A DNA stretch of 64,000 nucleotides from the human T2T-CHM13v2.0 reference genome, Homo sapiens. The notes beneath the pieces are model-generated. The model searched no databases and was not told the DNA's origin. It saw only the letters and a program-made list of their open reading frames with translations. Of the stretch, positions 1 through 12,400 are shown one piece after another. The DNA is taken from NCBI RefSeq assembly GCF_009914755.1, contig NC_060933.1; one strand, written 5' to 3'. Made by a program: the position numbers and the translations under genes. How positions within the stretch are numbered: position 1 is the stretch's first letter; every line of letters begins with the position of its first letter.

Positions 1-99
1 TGTATTCAACTAACAGAGATGAACCTTTCTTTTTACAGAGCAGTTTTGAAACACTCTTTTTGTGGAATCTGAAAGTGGATATTTGGATAGCTTTGAGGA

Positions 100-116
100 T
101 TTCGTTGGAAACGGGA
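100..116 (+). promoter_or_regulatory. CENP-B box, intact (first of an estimated 170-175 in the window)
   Basis: TTTCGTTGGAAACGGGA matches NTTCGNNNNANNCGGGN. Recurs at 438, 780, etc. (338/342-bp alternation). The count is estimated from subunit numbers, not enumerated. Confidence 0.97.
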
Positions 117-266
117 TTAAATATAAAATCTAGAGAGAAGCATTCTCAGGAACTTCTTTGTGATGTTTGCATTCACGTCACAGAACTGAACATTCCCTTT
201 CATAGAGCATGTTTGAAACACTCTTTCTGTAGTATCTGCAAACGGACATTTCAAACGCTTTCAGGC

Positions 267-283
267 CTATGGTGAGAAAGGAA
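267..283 (+). promoter_or_regulatory. pJalpha-like box in the non-CENP-B (A-box) monomers, representative
   Basis: CTATGGTGAGAAAGGAA resembles the pJalpha motif CTAYGGTGRAAAAGGAA at the position homologous to the CENP-B box. Variants CTATG(A/T)TGAAAAAGGAA occur in the other A-box monomers. Confidence 0.75.
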
Positions 284-650
284 ATATCTTCAAATAAAAA
301 CTAGACAGAAGCATTCTCAGAAACTTATTTGCGATGTGTGTCCTCAACTAACAGAGTTGAACCTTTCTTTTGATACAACATTTTGGAAACACTCTTTTTG
401 TAGAATCTGCAAGTGGATATTTGAATAGCTTTGAAGGTTTCGTTGGAAACGGGAATATCTTCATATAAAATCAAGACAGAAGCATTCTCAGAAACTTCTC
501 TGTGATGTTTGCATTCAACTCATAGAGTTGAACACTTCCCTTCATACAGCAGGTTTGAAACACTCTTTTTGTAATATTTGGAAGTGGACATTTGCAGCGC
601 TTTGAGGCCTATGATGAAAAAGGTAATATCTTCCCATAAAAACTAGACAG

Positions 651-1330
651 AAGCATTCTCAGAAACTTGTTTGTGATGTGTGTATTCAACTAACAGAGAT
701 GAACCTTTCTTTTTACAGAGCAGTTTTGAAACACTCTTTTTGTGGAATCTGAAAGTGGATATTTGGATAGCTTTGCGGATTTCGTTGGAAACGGGATTAC
801 ATATAAAACCTAGAGAGAAGCATTCTCAGGAACATCTTTGCGATGTTTGCATTCAAGTCACAGAACTGAACATTCCCTTTCATAGAGCAGGTTTGAAACA
901 CTCTTTCTGTAGTATCTGCAAGCTGACGTTTCAAGCGCTTTCAGGCCTATGGTGAGAAAGGAAATTTCTTCAAGTAAAAACTAGACAGAAGCATTCTCAG
1001 AAACTTATTTGCGATGTGTGTTCTCAACTAACAGAGTTGAACCTTTGTTTTGATATGGCATTTTGGAAACACTCTTTTTGCAGAATCTGCAGGTGGATAT
1101 TCGGATAGCTTTGAAGGTTTCGTTGGAAACGGGAATATCTTCATATAAAATCTAGACGGAAGCATTCTCAGAAACTGCTTTGTGATGTTTTCATTCAAGT
1201 CACAGAGTAGAATGTTCCCTGTTATATACCAGGTTTGAGACACTGTTTCTGCACTACATGGAAGTGGACATTTGGAGCGCTTTGAGGCCTATGTTGAAAA
1301 AGGAAATATCTTCCCATAAAAACTAGACAG
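651..1330 (+). repeat. Representative 680-bp tetramer subunit (monomers 167, 171, 171, 171 bp); about 72 copies in the window
   Basis: Monomer starts at 651, 818, 989, 1160, next at 1331. The repeated MYSTNRD pseudo-ORF shows the same 680-bp periodicity. Confidence 0.95.
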
Positions 1331-2819
1331 AAGCATTCTCAGAAACTTGTTTGTGATGTGTGTATTCAACTAACAGAGATGAACCTTTCTTTTTACAGAG
1401 CAGTTTTGAAACACTCTTTTTGTGGAATCTGAAAGTGGATATTTGGATAGCTTTGAGGATTTCGTTGGAAACGGGATTACATATAAAATCTAGAGAGAAG
1501 CATTCTCAGGAACTTCTTTGTGATGTTTGCATTCACGTCACAGAACTGAACATTCCCTTTCATAGAGCATGTTTGAAACACTCTTTCTGTAGTATCTGCA
1601 AACGGACATTTCAAACGCTTTCAGGCCTATGGTGAGAAAGGAAATATCTTCAAATAAAAACTAGACAGAAGCATTCTCAGAAACTTATTTGCGATGTGTG
1701 TCCTCAACTATCAGAGTTGAACCTTTCTTTTGATACAACATTTTGGAACCACTCTTTTTGTAGAATCTGCAAGTGGATATTTGAATAGCTTTGAAGGTTT
1801 CGTTGGAAACGGGAATATCTTCATATAAAATCAAGACAGAAGCATTCTCAGAAACTTCTCTGTGATGTTTGCATTCAACTCATAGAGTTGAACACTTCCC
1901 TTCATACAGCAGGTTTGAAACACTCTTTTTGTAATATTTGGAAGTGGACATTTGCAGCGCTTTGAGGCCTATGATGAAAAAGGAAATATCTTCCCATAAA
2001 AACTAGACAGAAGCATTCTCAGAAACTTGTTTGTGATGTGTGTATTCAACTAACAGAGATGAACCTTTCTTTTTACAGAGCAGTTTTGAAACACTCTTTT
2101 TGTGGAATCTGAAAGTGGATATTTGGATAGCTTTGCGGATTTCGTTGGAAACGGGATTACATATAAAATCTAGGGAGAAGCATTCTCAGGAACTTCTTTG
2201 TGATGTTTGCATTCAAGTCACAGAACTGAACATTCCCTTTCATAGAGCAGGTTTGAAACACTCTTTCTGTAGTATCTGCAAGCGGACGTTTTAAGCGCTT
2301 TCAGGCCTGTGGTGAGAAAGGAAATATCTTCAAATAAAAACTAGACAGAAGCATTCTCAGAAACTTATTTGCGATGTGTGTCCTCAACTAACAGAGTTGA
2401 ACCTTTCTTTTGATACAACATTTTGGAAACACTCTTTTTGTAGAATCTGCAAGTGGATATTTGGATAGCTTTGAAGGTTTCGTTGGAAACGGGAATATCT
2501 TCATATGAAATCAAGACAGAAGCATTCTCAGAAACTTCTCTGTGATGTTTGCATTCAACTCATAGAGTTGAACACTTCCCTTCATACAGCAGGTTTGAAA
2601 CACTCTTTTTCTAATATTTGGAAGTGGACATTTGCAGCGCTTTGAGGCCTATGTTGAAAAAGGAAATATCTTCTCCTAAAAACCAGACAGAAGCATTCTC
2701 AGAAACTTCCTTGTGATGTGTGTACTCAAGTAACAGAGTTGAACCTTCCTTTTGACAGAGCAGTTTTGAACCACTCTTTTTGTAGAATCTGCAAGTGGAT
2801 ATTTTGATACCTTTGAGGA

Positions 2820-2836
2820 TTTCGTTGGACACGGGA
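2820..2836 (+). promoter_or_regulatory. CENP-B box of trimer monomer 1, variant but with the core intact
   Basis: TTTCGTTGGACACGGGA keeps all 9 core bases (TTCG, A, CGGG). Confidence 0.9.
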
Positions 2837-2989
2837 TATCTTCATATAAAATCTAGACAGAAGCATTCTCAGAAACTTCTTTGTGCTGTATGTCCTCAAT
2901 TAACAGAGTTGAACCTTTGTGTGGATACAGCATTTTGGAAACATTCCTTTAGTAGAATCTGCAAGTTGATATTTAGATAGCTAGGAAGA

Positions 2990-3006
2990 TTTCCTTGGAA
3001 ACGGGA
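2990..3006 (+). promoter_or_regulatory. Degenerate CENP-B box of trimer monomer 2 (TTCG>TTCC), present in all trimers and pentamers inspected
   Basis: TTTCCTTGGAAACGGGA; the core G of TTCG is replaced by C. Confidence 0.9.
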
Positions 3007-3202
3007 ATATCTTCATATAAAATCTAGACGGAAGCATTCTCAGAAAGTGCTTTGTGATGTTTGCATTCAAGTCACAGAGTTGAATATTCCCTTTTATAGA
3101 GCAGGTTTGAAACACTCTTTCTGCACTACCTGGAAGTGGACATTTGGAGCGCTTTGAGGCCTATGTTGAAAAAGGAAATATCTTCCCATAAAAACTAGAC
3201 AG

Positions 3203-4394
3203 AAGCATTCTCAGAAACTTGTTTGTGATGTGTGTATTCAACTAACAGAGATGAACCTTTCTTTTTACAGAGCAGTTTTGAAACACTCTTTTTGTGGAAT
3301 CTGAAAGTGGATATTTGGATAGCTTTGAGGATTTCGTTGGAAACGGGATTACATATAAAACCTAGAGAGAAGCATTCTCAGGAACTTCTTTGTGATGTTT
3401 GCATTCAAGTCACAGAACTGAACATTCCCTTTCATAGAGCAGGTTTGAAACACTCTTTCTGTAGTATCTGCAAGCGGACGTTTTAAGCGCTTTCAGGCCT
3501 GTGGTGAGAAAGGAAATATCTTCAAATAAAAACTAGACAGAAGCATTCTCAGAAACTTATTTGCGATGTGTGTCCTCAACTAACAGAGTTGAACCTTTCT
3601 TTTGATACAACATTTTGGAAACACTCTTTTTGTAGAATTTGCAAGTGGATATTTGGATAACTTTGAAGGTTTCGTTGGAAACGGGAATATCTTCATATGA
3701 AATCAAGACAGAAGCATTCTCAGAAACTTCTCTGTGATGTTTGCATTCAACTCATAGAGTTGAACACTTCCCTTCATACAGCAGGTTTGAAACACTCTTT
3801 TTGTAATATTTGGAAGTGGACATTTGCAGCGCTTTGAGGCCTATGTTGAAAAAGGAAATATCTTCTCCTAAAAACCAGACAGAAGCATTCTCAGAAACTT
3901 CCTTGTGATGTGTGTACTCAAGTAACAGAGTTGAACCTTCCTTTTGACAGAGCAGTTTTGAAGCACTCTTTTTGTAGAATCTGCAAGTGGATATTTTGAT
4001 ACCTTTGAGGATTTCGTTGGACACGGGATATCTTCATATAAAATCTAGACAGAAGCATTCTCAGAAACTTCTTTGTGCTGTATGTCCTCAATTAACAGAG
4101 TTGAACCTTTGTGTGGATACAGCATTTTGGAAACATTCCTTTAGTAGAATCTGCAAGTTGATATTTAGATAGCTAGGAAGATTTCCTTGGAAACGGGAAT
4201 ATCTTCATATAAAATCTAGACGGAAGCATTCTCAGAAAGTCCTTTGTGATGTTTGCATTCAAGTCACAGAGTTGAATATTCCCTTTTATAGAGTAGGTTT
4301 GAAACACTCTTTCTGCACTACCTGGAAGTGGACATTTGGAGCGCTTTGAGGCCTATGTTGAAAAAGGAAATATCTTCCCATAAAAACTAGACAG
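3203..4394 (+). repeat. 7-mer HOR variant (1192 bp): one A/C chimeric tetramer plus trimer; single copy
   Basis: Trimer markers at 2795 and 3987 are 1192 bp apart. The tetramer starts A-type (AAACCTAGAG) and continues C-type (AAGCGGACGTTTTAAG, CATATGAAATC). Confidence 0.9.
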
Positions 4395-6947
4395 AAGCAT
4401 TCTCAGAAACTTGTTTGTGATGTGTGTATTCAACTAACAGAGATGAACCTTTCTTTTTACAGAGCAGTTTTGAAACACTCTTTTTGTGGAATCTGAAAGT
4501 GGATATTTGGATAGCTTTGAGGATTTCGTTGGAAACGGGATTACATATAAAACCTAGAGAGAAGCATTCTCAGGAACTTCTTTGTGATGTTTGCATTCAA
4601 GTCACAGGACTGAACATTCCCTTTCATAGAGCAGGTTTGAAACACTCTTTCTGTAGTATCTGCAAGCTGACGTTTCAAGCGCTTTCAGGCCTATGGTGAG
4701 AAAGGAAATATCTTCAAGTAAAAACTAGACAGAAGCATTCTCAGAAACTTATTTGAGATGTGTGTTCTCAACTAACAGAGTTGAACCTTTGTTTCGATAT
4801 GGCATTTTGGAAACACTCTTTTTGTAGAATCTGCAGGTGGATATTCGGATAGCTTTGAAGGTTTCGTTGGAAACGGGAATATCTTCATATAAAATCTAGA
4901 CGGAAGCATTCTCAGAAACTGCTTTGTGATGTTTTCATTCAAGTCACAGAGTAGAATGTTCCCTGTTATATACCAGGTTAGAGACACTCTTTCTGCACTA
5001 CCTGGAAGTGGACATTTGCAGCGCTTTGAGGCCTATGATGAAAAAGGAAATATCTTCCCATAAAAACTAGACAGAAGCATTCTCAGAAACTTGTTTGTGA
5101 TGTGTGTATTCAACTAACAGAGATGAACCTTTCTTTTTACAGAGCAGTTTTGAAACACTCTTTTTGTGGAATCTGAAAGTGGATATTTGGATAGCTTTGA
5201 GGATTTCGTTGGAAACGGGATTACATATAAAATCTAGAGAGAAGCATTCTCAGGAACTTCTTTGTGATGTTTGCATTCACGTCACAGAACTGAACATTCC
5301 CTTTCATAGAGCAGGTTTGAAACACTCTTTCTGTAGTATCTGCAAACGGACATTTCAAACGCTTTCAGGCCTATGGTGAGAAAGGAAATATCTTCAAATA
5401 AAAACTAGACAGAAGCATTCTCAGAAACTTATTTGCGATGTGTGTCCTCAACTAACAGAGTTGAACCTTTCTTTTGATACAACATTTTGGAAACACTCTT
5501 TTTGTAGAATCTGCAAGTGGATATTTGAATAGCTTTGAAGGTTTCGTTGGAAACGGGAATATCTTCATATAAAATCAAGACAGAAGCATTCTCAGAAACT
5601 TCTCTGTGATGTTTGCATTCAACTCATAGAGTTGAACACTTCCCTTCATACAGCAGGTTTGAAACACTCTTTTTGTAATATTTGGAAGTGGACATTTGCA
5701 GCGCTTTGAGGCCTATGATGAAAAAGGAAATATCTTCCCATAAAAACTAGACAGAAGCATTCTCAGAAACTTGTTTGTGATGTGTGTATTCAACTAACAG
5801 AGATGAACCTTTCTTTTTACAGAGCAGTTTTGAAACACTCTTTTTGTGGAATCTGAAAGTGGATATTTGGATAGCTTTGCGGATTTCGTTGGAAACGGGA
5901 TTACATATAAAATCTAGGGAGAAGCATTCTCAGGAACTTCTTTGTGATGTTTGCATTCAAGTCACAGAACTGAACATTCCCTTTCATAGAGCAGGTTTGA
6001 AACACTCTTTCTGTAGTATCTGCAATCGGACGTTTTAAACGCTTTCAGGCCTGTGGTGAGAAAGGAAATATCTTCAAATAAAAACTAGACAGAAGCTTTC
6101 TCAGAAACTTATTTGCGATGTGTGTCCTCAACTAACAGAGTTGAACCTTTCTTTTGATACAACATTTTGGAAACACTCTTTTTGTAGAATCTGCAAGTGG
6201 ATATTTGGATAGCTTTGAAGGTTTCGTTGGAAACGGGAATATCTTCATATGAAATCAAGACAGAAGCATTCTCAGAAACTTCTCTGTGATGTTTGCATTC
6301 AACTCATAGAGTTGAACACTTCCCTTCATACAGCAGGTTTGAAACACTCTTTTTGTAATATTTGGAAGTGGACATTTGCAGCGCTTTGAGGCCTATGTTG
6401 AAAAAGGAAATATCTTCTCCTAAAAACCAGACAGAAGCATTCTCAGAAACTTCCTTGTGATGTGTGTACTCAAGTAACAGAGTTGAACCTTCCTTTTTTA
6501 CAGAGCAGTTTTGAAGCACTCTTTTTGTAGAATCTGCAAGTGGATATTTTGATACCTTTGAGGATTTCGTTGGACACGGGATATCTTCATATAAAATCTA
6601 GACAGAAGCATTCTCAGAAACTTCTTTGTGCTGTATGTCCTCAATTAACAGAGTTGAACCTTTGTGTGGATACAGCATTTTGGAAACATTCCTTTAGTAG
6701 AATCTGCAAGTTGATATTTAGATAGCTAGGAAGATTTCCTTGGAAACGGGAATATCTTCATATAAAATCTAGACGGAAGCATTCTCAGAAAGTGCTTTGT
6801 GATGTTTGCATTCAAGTCACAGAGTTGAATATTCCCTTTTATAGAGCAGGTTTGAAACACTCTTTCTGCACTACCTGGAAGTGGACATTTGGAGCGCTTT
6901 GAGGCCTATGTTGAAAAAGGAAATATCTTCCCATAAAAACTAGACAG

Positions 6948-9499
6948 AAGCATTCTCAGAAACTTGTTTGTGATGTGTGTATTCAACTAACAGAGATGAA
7001 CCTTTCTTTTTACAGAGCAGTTTTGAAACACTCTTCTTGTGGAATCTGAAAGTGGATATTTGGATAGCTTTGAGGATTTCGTTGGAAACGGGATTACATA
7101 TAAAACCTAGAGAGAAGCATTCTCAGGAACTTCTTTGTGATGTTTGCCTTCAAGTCACAGGACTGAACATTCCCTTTCATAGAGCAGGTTTGAAACACTC
7201 TTTCTGTAGTATCTGCAAGCTGACGTTTCAAGCGCTTTCAGGCCTATGGTGAGAAAGGAAATATCTTCAAGTAAAAACTAGACAGAAGCATTCTCAGAAA
7301 CTTATTTGCCATGTGTGTTCTCAACTAACAGAGTTGAACCTTTGTTTTGATACGGCATTTTGGAAACACTCTTTTTGTAGAATCTGCAGGTGGATATTCG
7401 GATAGCTTTGAAGGTTTCGTTGGAAACGGGAATATCTTCATATAAAATCTAGACGGAAGCATTCTCAGAAACTGCTTTGTGATGTTTGCATTCAAGTCAC
7501 AGAGTAGAATGTTCCCTGTTATATACCAGGTTTGAGACACTCTTTCTGCACTACCTGGAAGTGGACATTTGCAGCGCTTTGAGGCCTATGATGAAAAAGG
7601 AAATATCTTCCCATAAAAACTAGACAGAAGCATTCTCAGAAACTTGTTTGTGATGTGTGTATTCAACTAACAGAGATGAACCTTTCTTTTTACAGAGCAG
7701 TTTTGAAACACTCTTTTTGTGGAATCTGAAAGTGGATATTTGGATAGCTTTGAGGATTTCGTTGGAAACGGGATTACATATAAAATCTCGAGAGAAGCAT
7801 TCTCAGGAACTTCTTTGTGATGTTTGCATTCACGTCACAGAACTGAACATTCCCTTTCATAGAGCATGTTTGAAACACTCTTTCTGTAGTATCTGCAAAC
7901 GGACATTTCAAACGCTTTCAGGCCTATGGTGAGAAAGGAAATATCTTCAAATAAAAACTAGACAGAAGCATTCTCAGAAACTTATTTGCGATGTGTGTCC
8001 TCAACTAACAGAGTTGAACCTTTCTTTTGATACAACATTTTGGAAACACTCTTTTTGTAGAATCTGCAAGTGGATATTTGAATAGCTTTGAAGGTTTCGT
8101 TGGAAACGGGAATATCTTCATATAAAATCAAGACAGAAGCATTCTCAGAAACTTCTCTGTGATGTTTGCATTCAACTCATAGAGTTGAACACTTCCCTTC
8201 ATACAGCAGGTTTGAAACACTCTTTTTGTAATATTTGGAAGTGGACATTTGCAGCGCTTTGAGGCCTATGATGAAAAAGGTAATATCTTCCCATAAAAAC
8301 TAGACAGAAGCATTCTCAGAAACTTGTTTGTGATGTGTGTATTCAACTAACAGAGATGAACCTTTCTTTTTACAGAGCAGTTTTGAAACACTCTTTTTGT
8401 GGAATCTGAAAGTGGATATTTGGATAGCTTTGCGGATTTCGTTGGAAACGGGATTACATATAAAATCTAGGGAGAAGCATTCTCAGGAACTTCTTTGTGA
8501 TGTTTGCATTCAAGTCACAGAACTGAACATTCCCTTTCATAGAGCAGGTTTGAAACACTCTTTCTGTAGTATCTGCAAGCGGACGTTTTAAGCCCTTTCA
8601 GGCCTGTGGTGAGAAAGGAAATATCTTCAAATAAAAACTAGACAGAAGCATTCTCAGAAACTTATTTGCGATGTGTGTCCTCAACTAACAGAGTTGAACC
8701 TTTCTTTTGATACAACATTTTGGAAACACTCTTTTTGTAGAATCTGCAAGTGGATATTTGGATAGCTTTGAAGGTTTCGTTGGAAACGGGAATATCTTCA
8801 TATGAAATCAAGACAGAAGCATTCTCAGAAACTTCTCTGTGATGTTTGCATTCAACTCATAGAGTTGAACACTTCCCTTCATACAGCAGGTTTGAAACAC
8901 TCTTTTTGTAATATTTGGAAGTGGACTTTTGCAGCGCTTTGAGGCCTATGTTGAAAAAGGAAATATCTTCTCCTAAAAACCAGACAGAAGCATTCTCAGA
9001 AACTTCCTTGTGATGTGTGTACTCAAGTAACAGAGTTGAACCTTCATTTTGACAGAGCAGTTTTGAAGCACTCTTTTTGTAGAATCTGCAAGTGGATATT
9101 TTGATACCTTTGAGGATTTCGTTGGACACGGGATATCTTCATATAAAATCTAGACAGAAGCATTCTCAGAAACTTCTTTGTGCTGTATGTCCTCAATTAA
9201 CAGAGTTGAACCTTTGTGTGGATACAGCATTTTGGAAACATTCCTTTAGTAGAATCTGCAAGTTGATATTTAGATAGCTAGGAAGATTTCCTTGGAAACG
9301 GGAATATCTTCATATAAAATCTAGACGGAAGCATTCTCAGAAAGTGCTTTGTGATGTTTGCATTCAAGTCACAGAGTTGAATATTCCCTTTTATAGAGCA
9401 GGTTTGAAACACTCTTTCTGCACTACCTGGAAGTGGACATTTGGAGCGCTTTGAGGCCTATGTTGAAAAAGGAAATATCTTCCCATAAAAACTAGACAG
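6948..9499 (+). repeat. Representative 15-mer HOR (2552 bp) = tetramer A + tetramer B + tetramer C + trimer T
   Basis: A (6948): AAACCTAGAG, AAGCTGACGTTTC, CAGGTGGATATTCGG, GAGTAGAATG. B (7628): CACGTCAC, GCATGTTT, AAACGGACATTTCAAACG, TTGAATAG. C (8308): TTTGCGGAT, CTAGGGAG, GACGTTTTAAG, CATATGAAATC, TTCTCCTAAAAACCAG. T (8988): CTTCCTTGTG, GGACACGGG, GTGCTGTATG, AAAGTGCTTT. The same order occurs at 4395-6947 and 36034-38585. Confidence 0.9.
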
Positions 9500-12400
9500 A
9501 AGCATTCTCAGAAACTTGTTTGTGATGTGTGTATTCAACTAACAGAGATGAACCTTTCTTTTTACAGAGCAGTTTTGAAACACTCTTTTTGTGGAATCTG
9601 AAAGTGGATATTTGGATAGCTTTGAGGATTTCGTTGGAAACGGGATTACATATAAAACCTAGAGAGAAGCATTCTCAGGAACTTCTTTTTGATGTTTGCC
9701 TTCAAGTCACAGGACTGAACATTCCCTTTCATAGAGCAGGTTTGAAACACTCTTTCTGTAGTATCTGCAAGCTGACGTTTCAAGCGCTTTCAGGCCTATG
9801 GTGAGAAAGGAAATATCTTCAAGTAAAAACTAGACAGAAGCATTCTCAGAAACTTATTTGCCATGTGTGTTCTCAACTAACAGAGTTGAACCTTTGTTTT
9901 GATACGGCATTTTGGAAACACTCTTTTTGTAGTATCTGCAGGTGGATATTCGGATAGCTTTGAAGGTTTCGTTGGAAACGGGAATATCTTCATATAAAAT
10001 CTAGACGGAAGCATTCTCAGAAACTGCTTTGTGATGTTTTCATTCAAGTCACAGAGTAGAATGTTCCCTGTTATATACCAGGTTTGAGACACTCTTTCTG
10101 CACTACCTGGAAGTGGACGTTTGGAGCGCTTTGAGGCCTATGTTGAAAAAGGAAATATCTTCCCATAAAAACTAGACAGAAGCATTCTCAGAAACTTGTT
10201 TGTGATATGTGTATTCAACTAACAGAGATGAACCTTTCTTTTTACAGAGCAGTTTTGAAACACTCTTTTTGTGGAATCTGAAAGTGGATATTTGGATAGC
10301 TTTGAGGATTTCGTTGGAAACGGGATTACATATAAAACCTAGAGAGAAGCATTCTCAGGAACTTCTTTGAGATGTTTGCATTCAAGTCACAGAACTGAAC
10401 ATTCCCTTTCATAGAGCAGGTTTGAAACACTCTTTCTGTAGTATCTGCAAGCTGACGTTTCAAGCGCTTTCAGGCCTATGGTGAGAAAGGAAATATCTTC
10501 AAGTAAAAACTAGACAGAAGCATTCTCAGAAACTTATTTGCGATGTGTGTTCTCAACTAACAGAGTTGAACCTTTGTTTTGATATGGCATTTTGGAAACA
10601 CTCTTTTTGTAGAATCTGCAGGTGGATATTCGGATAGCTTTGAAGGTTTCGTTGGAAACGGGAATATCTTCATATAAAATCTAGACGGAAGCATTCTCAG
10701 AAACTGCTTTGTGATGTTTTCATTCAAGTCACACAGTAGAATGTTCCCTGTTATATACCAGGTTTGAGACACTCTTTCTGCACTACCTGGAAGTGGACAT
10801 TTGCAGCGCTTTGAGGCCTATGATGAAAAAGGAAATATCTTCCCATAAAAACTAGACAGAAGCATTCTCAGAAACTTGTTTTTGATGTGTGTATTCAACT
10901 AACAGAGATGAACCTTTCTTTTTACAGAGCAGTTTTGAAACACTCTTTTTGTGGAATCTGAAAGTGGATATTTGGATAGCTTTGAGGATTTCGTTGGAAA
11001 CGGGATTAAATATAAAATCTAGAGAGAAGCATTCTCAGGAACTTCTTTGTGATGTTTGCATTCACGTCACAGAACTGAACATTCCCTTTCATAGAGCATG
11101 TTTGAAACACTCTTTCTGTAGTATCTGCAAACGGACATTTCAAACGCTTTCAGGCCTATGGTGAGAAAGGAAATATCTTCAAATAAAAACTAGACAGAAG
11201 CATTCTCAGAAACTTATTTGCGATGTGTGTCCTCAACTAACAGAGTTGAACCTTTCTTTTGATACAACATTTTGGAAACACTCTTTTTGTAGAATCTGCA
11301 AGTGGATATTTGAATAGCTTTGAAGGTTTCGTTGGAAACGGGAATATCTTCATATAAAATCAAGACAGAAGCATTCTCAGAAACTTCTCTGTGATGTTTG
11401 CATTCAACTCATAGAGTTGAACACTTCCCTTCATACAGCAGGTTTGAAACACTCTTTTTGTAATATTTGGAAGTGGACATTTGCAGCGCTTTGAGGCCTA
11501 TGATGAAAAAGGTAATATCTTCCCATAAAAACTAGACAGAAGCATTCTCAGAAACTTGTTTGTGATGTGTGTATTCAACTAACAGAGATGAACCTTTCTT
11601 TTTACAGAGCAGTTTTGAAACACTCTTTTTGTGGAATCTGAAAGTGGATATTTGGATAGCTTTGCGGATTTCGTTGGAAACGGGATTACATATAAAACCT
11701 AGAGAGAAGCATTCTCAGGAACTTCTTTGCGATGTTTGCATTCAAGTCACAGAACTGAACATTCCCTTTCATAGAGCAGGTTTGAAACACTCTTTCTGTA
11801 GTATCTGCAAGCTGACGTTTCAAGCGCTTTCAGGCCTATGGTGAGAAAGGAAATTTCTTCAAGTAAAAACTAGACAGAAGCATTCTCAGAAACTTATTTG
11901 CGATGTGTGTTCTCAACTAACAGAGTTGAACCTTTGTTTTGATATGGCATTTTGGAAACACTCTTTTTGTAGAATCTGCAGGTGGATATTCGGATAGCTT
12001 TGAAGGTTTCGTTGGAAACGGGAATATCTTCATATAAAATCTAGACGGAAGCATTCTCAGAAACTGCTTTGTGATGTTTTCATTCAAGTCACAGAGTAGA
12101 ATGTTCCCTGTTATATACCAGGTTTGAGACACTCTTTCTGCACTACATGGAAGTGGACGTTTGGAGCGCTTTGAGGCCTATGTTGAAAAAGGAAATATCT
12201 TCCCATAAAAACTAGACAGAAGCATTCTCAGAAACTTGTTTGTGATGTGTGTATTCAACTAACAGAGATGAACCTTTCTTTTTACAGAGCAGTTTTGAAA
12301 CACTCTTTTTGTGGAATCTGAAAGTGGATATTTGGATAGCTTTGCGGATTTCGTTGGAAACGGGATTACATATAAAATCTAGGGAGAAGCATTCTCAGGA

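Larger units (their letters stand above)
2691..3202 (+). repeat. Representative 512-bp trimer subunit T (170+171+171 bp); 22 copies in the window
   Basis: Monomer starts at 2691, 2861, 3032, next at 3203. Marked by the 22 MDILIPLRISL pseudo-ORFs from 2795 to 61150. Confidence 0.95.

Noticed and set aside
799-812. TATA-like CATATAAAA after each CENP-B box as a promoter
   Set aside because: It is a standard part of the monomer consensus. Alpha-satellite transcription exists in general, but the sequence alone cannot show promoter activity or define an ncRNA here.
680-955. CxxC-like motifs (CDVC...CSIC) suggesting a zinc finger
   Set aside because: A chance product of TG-rich alphoid sequence (TGTGATGTTTGC); no support for translation.
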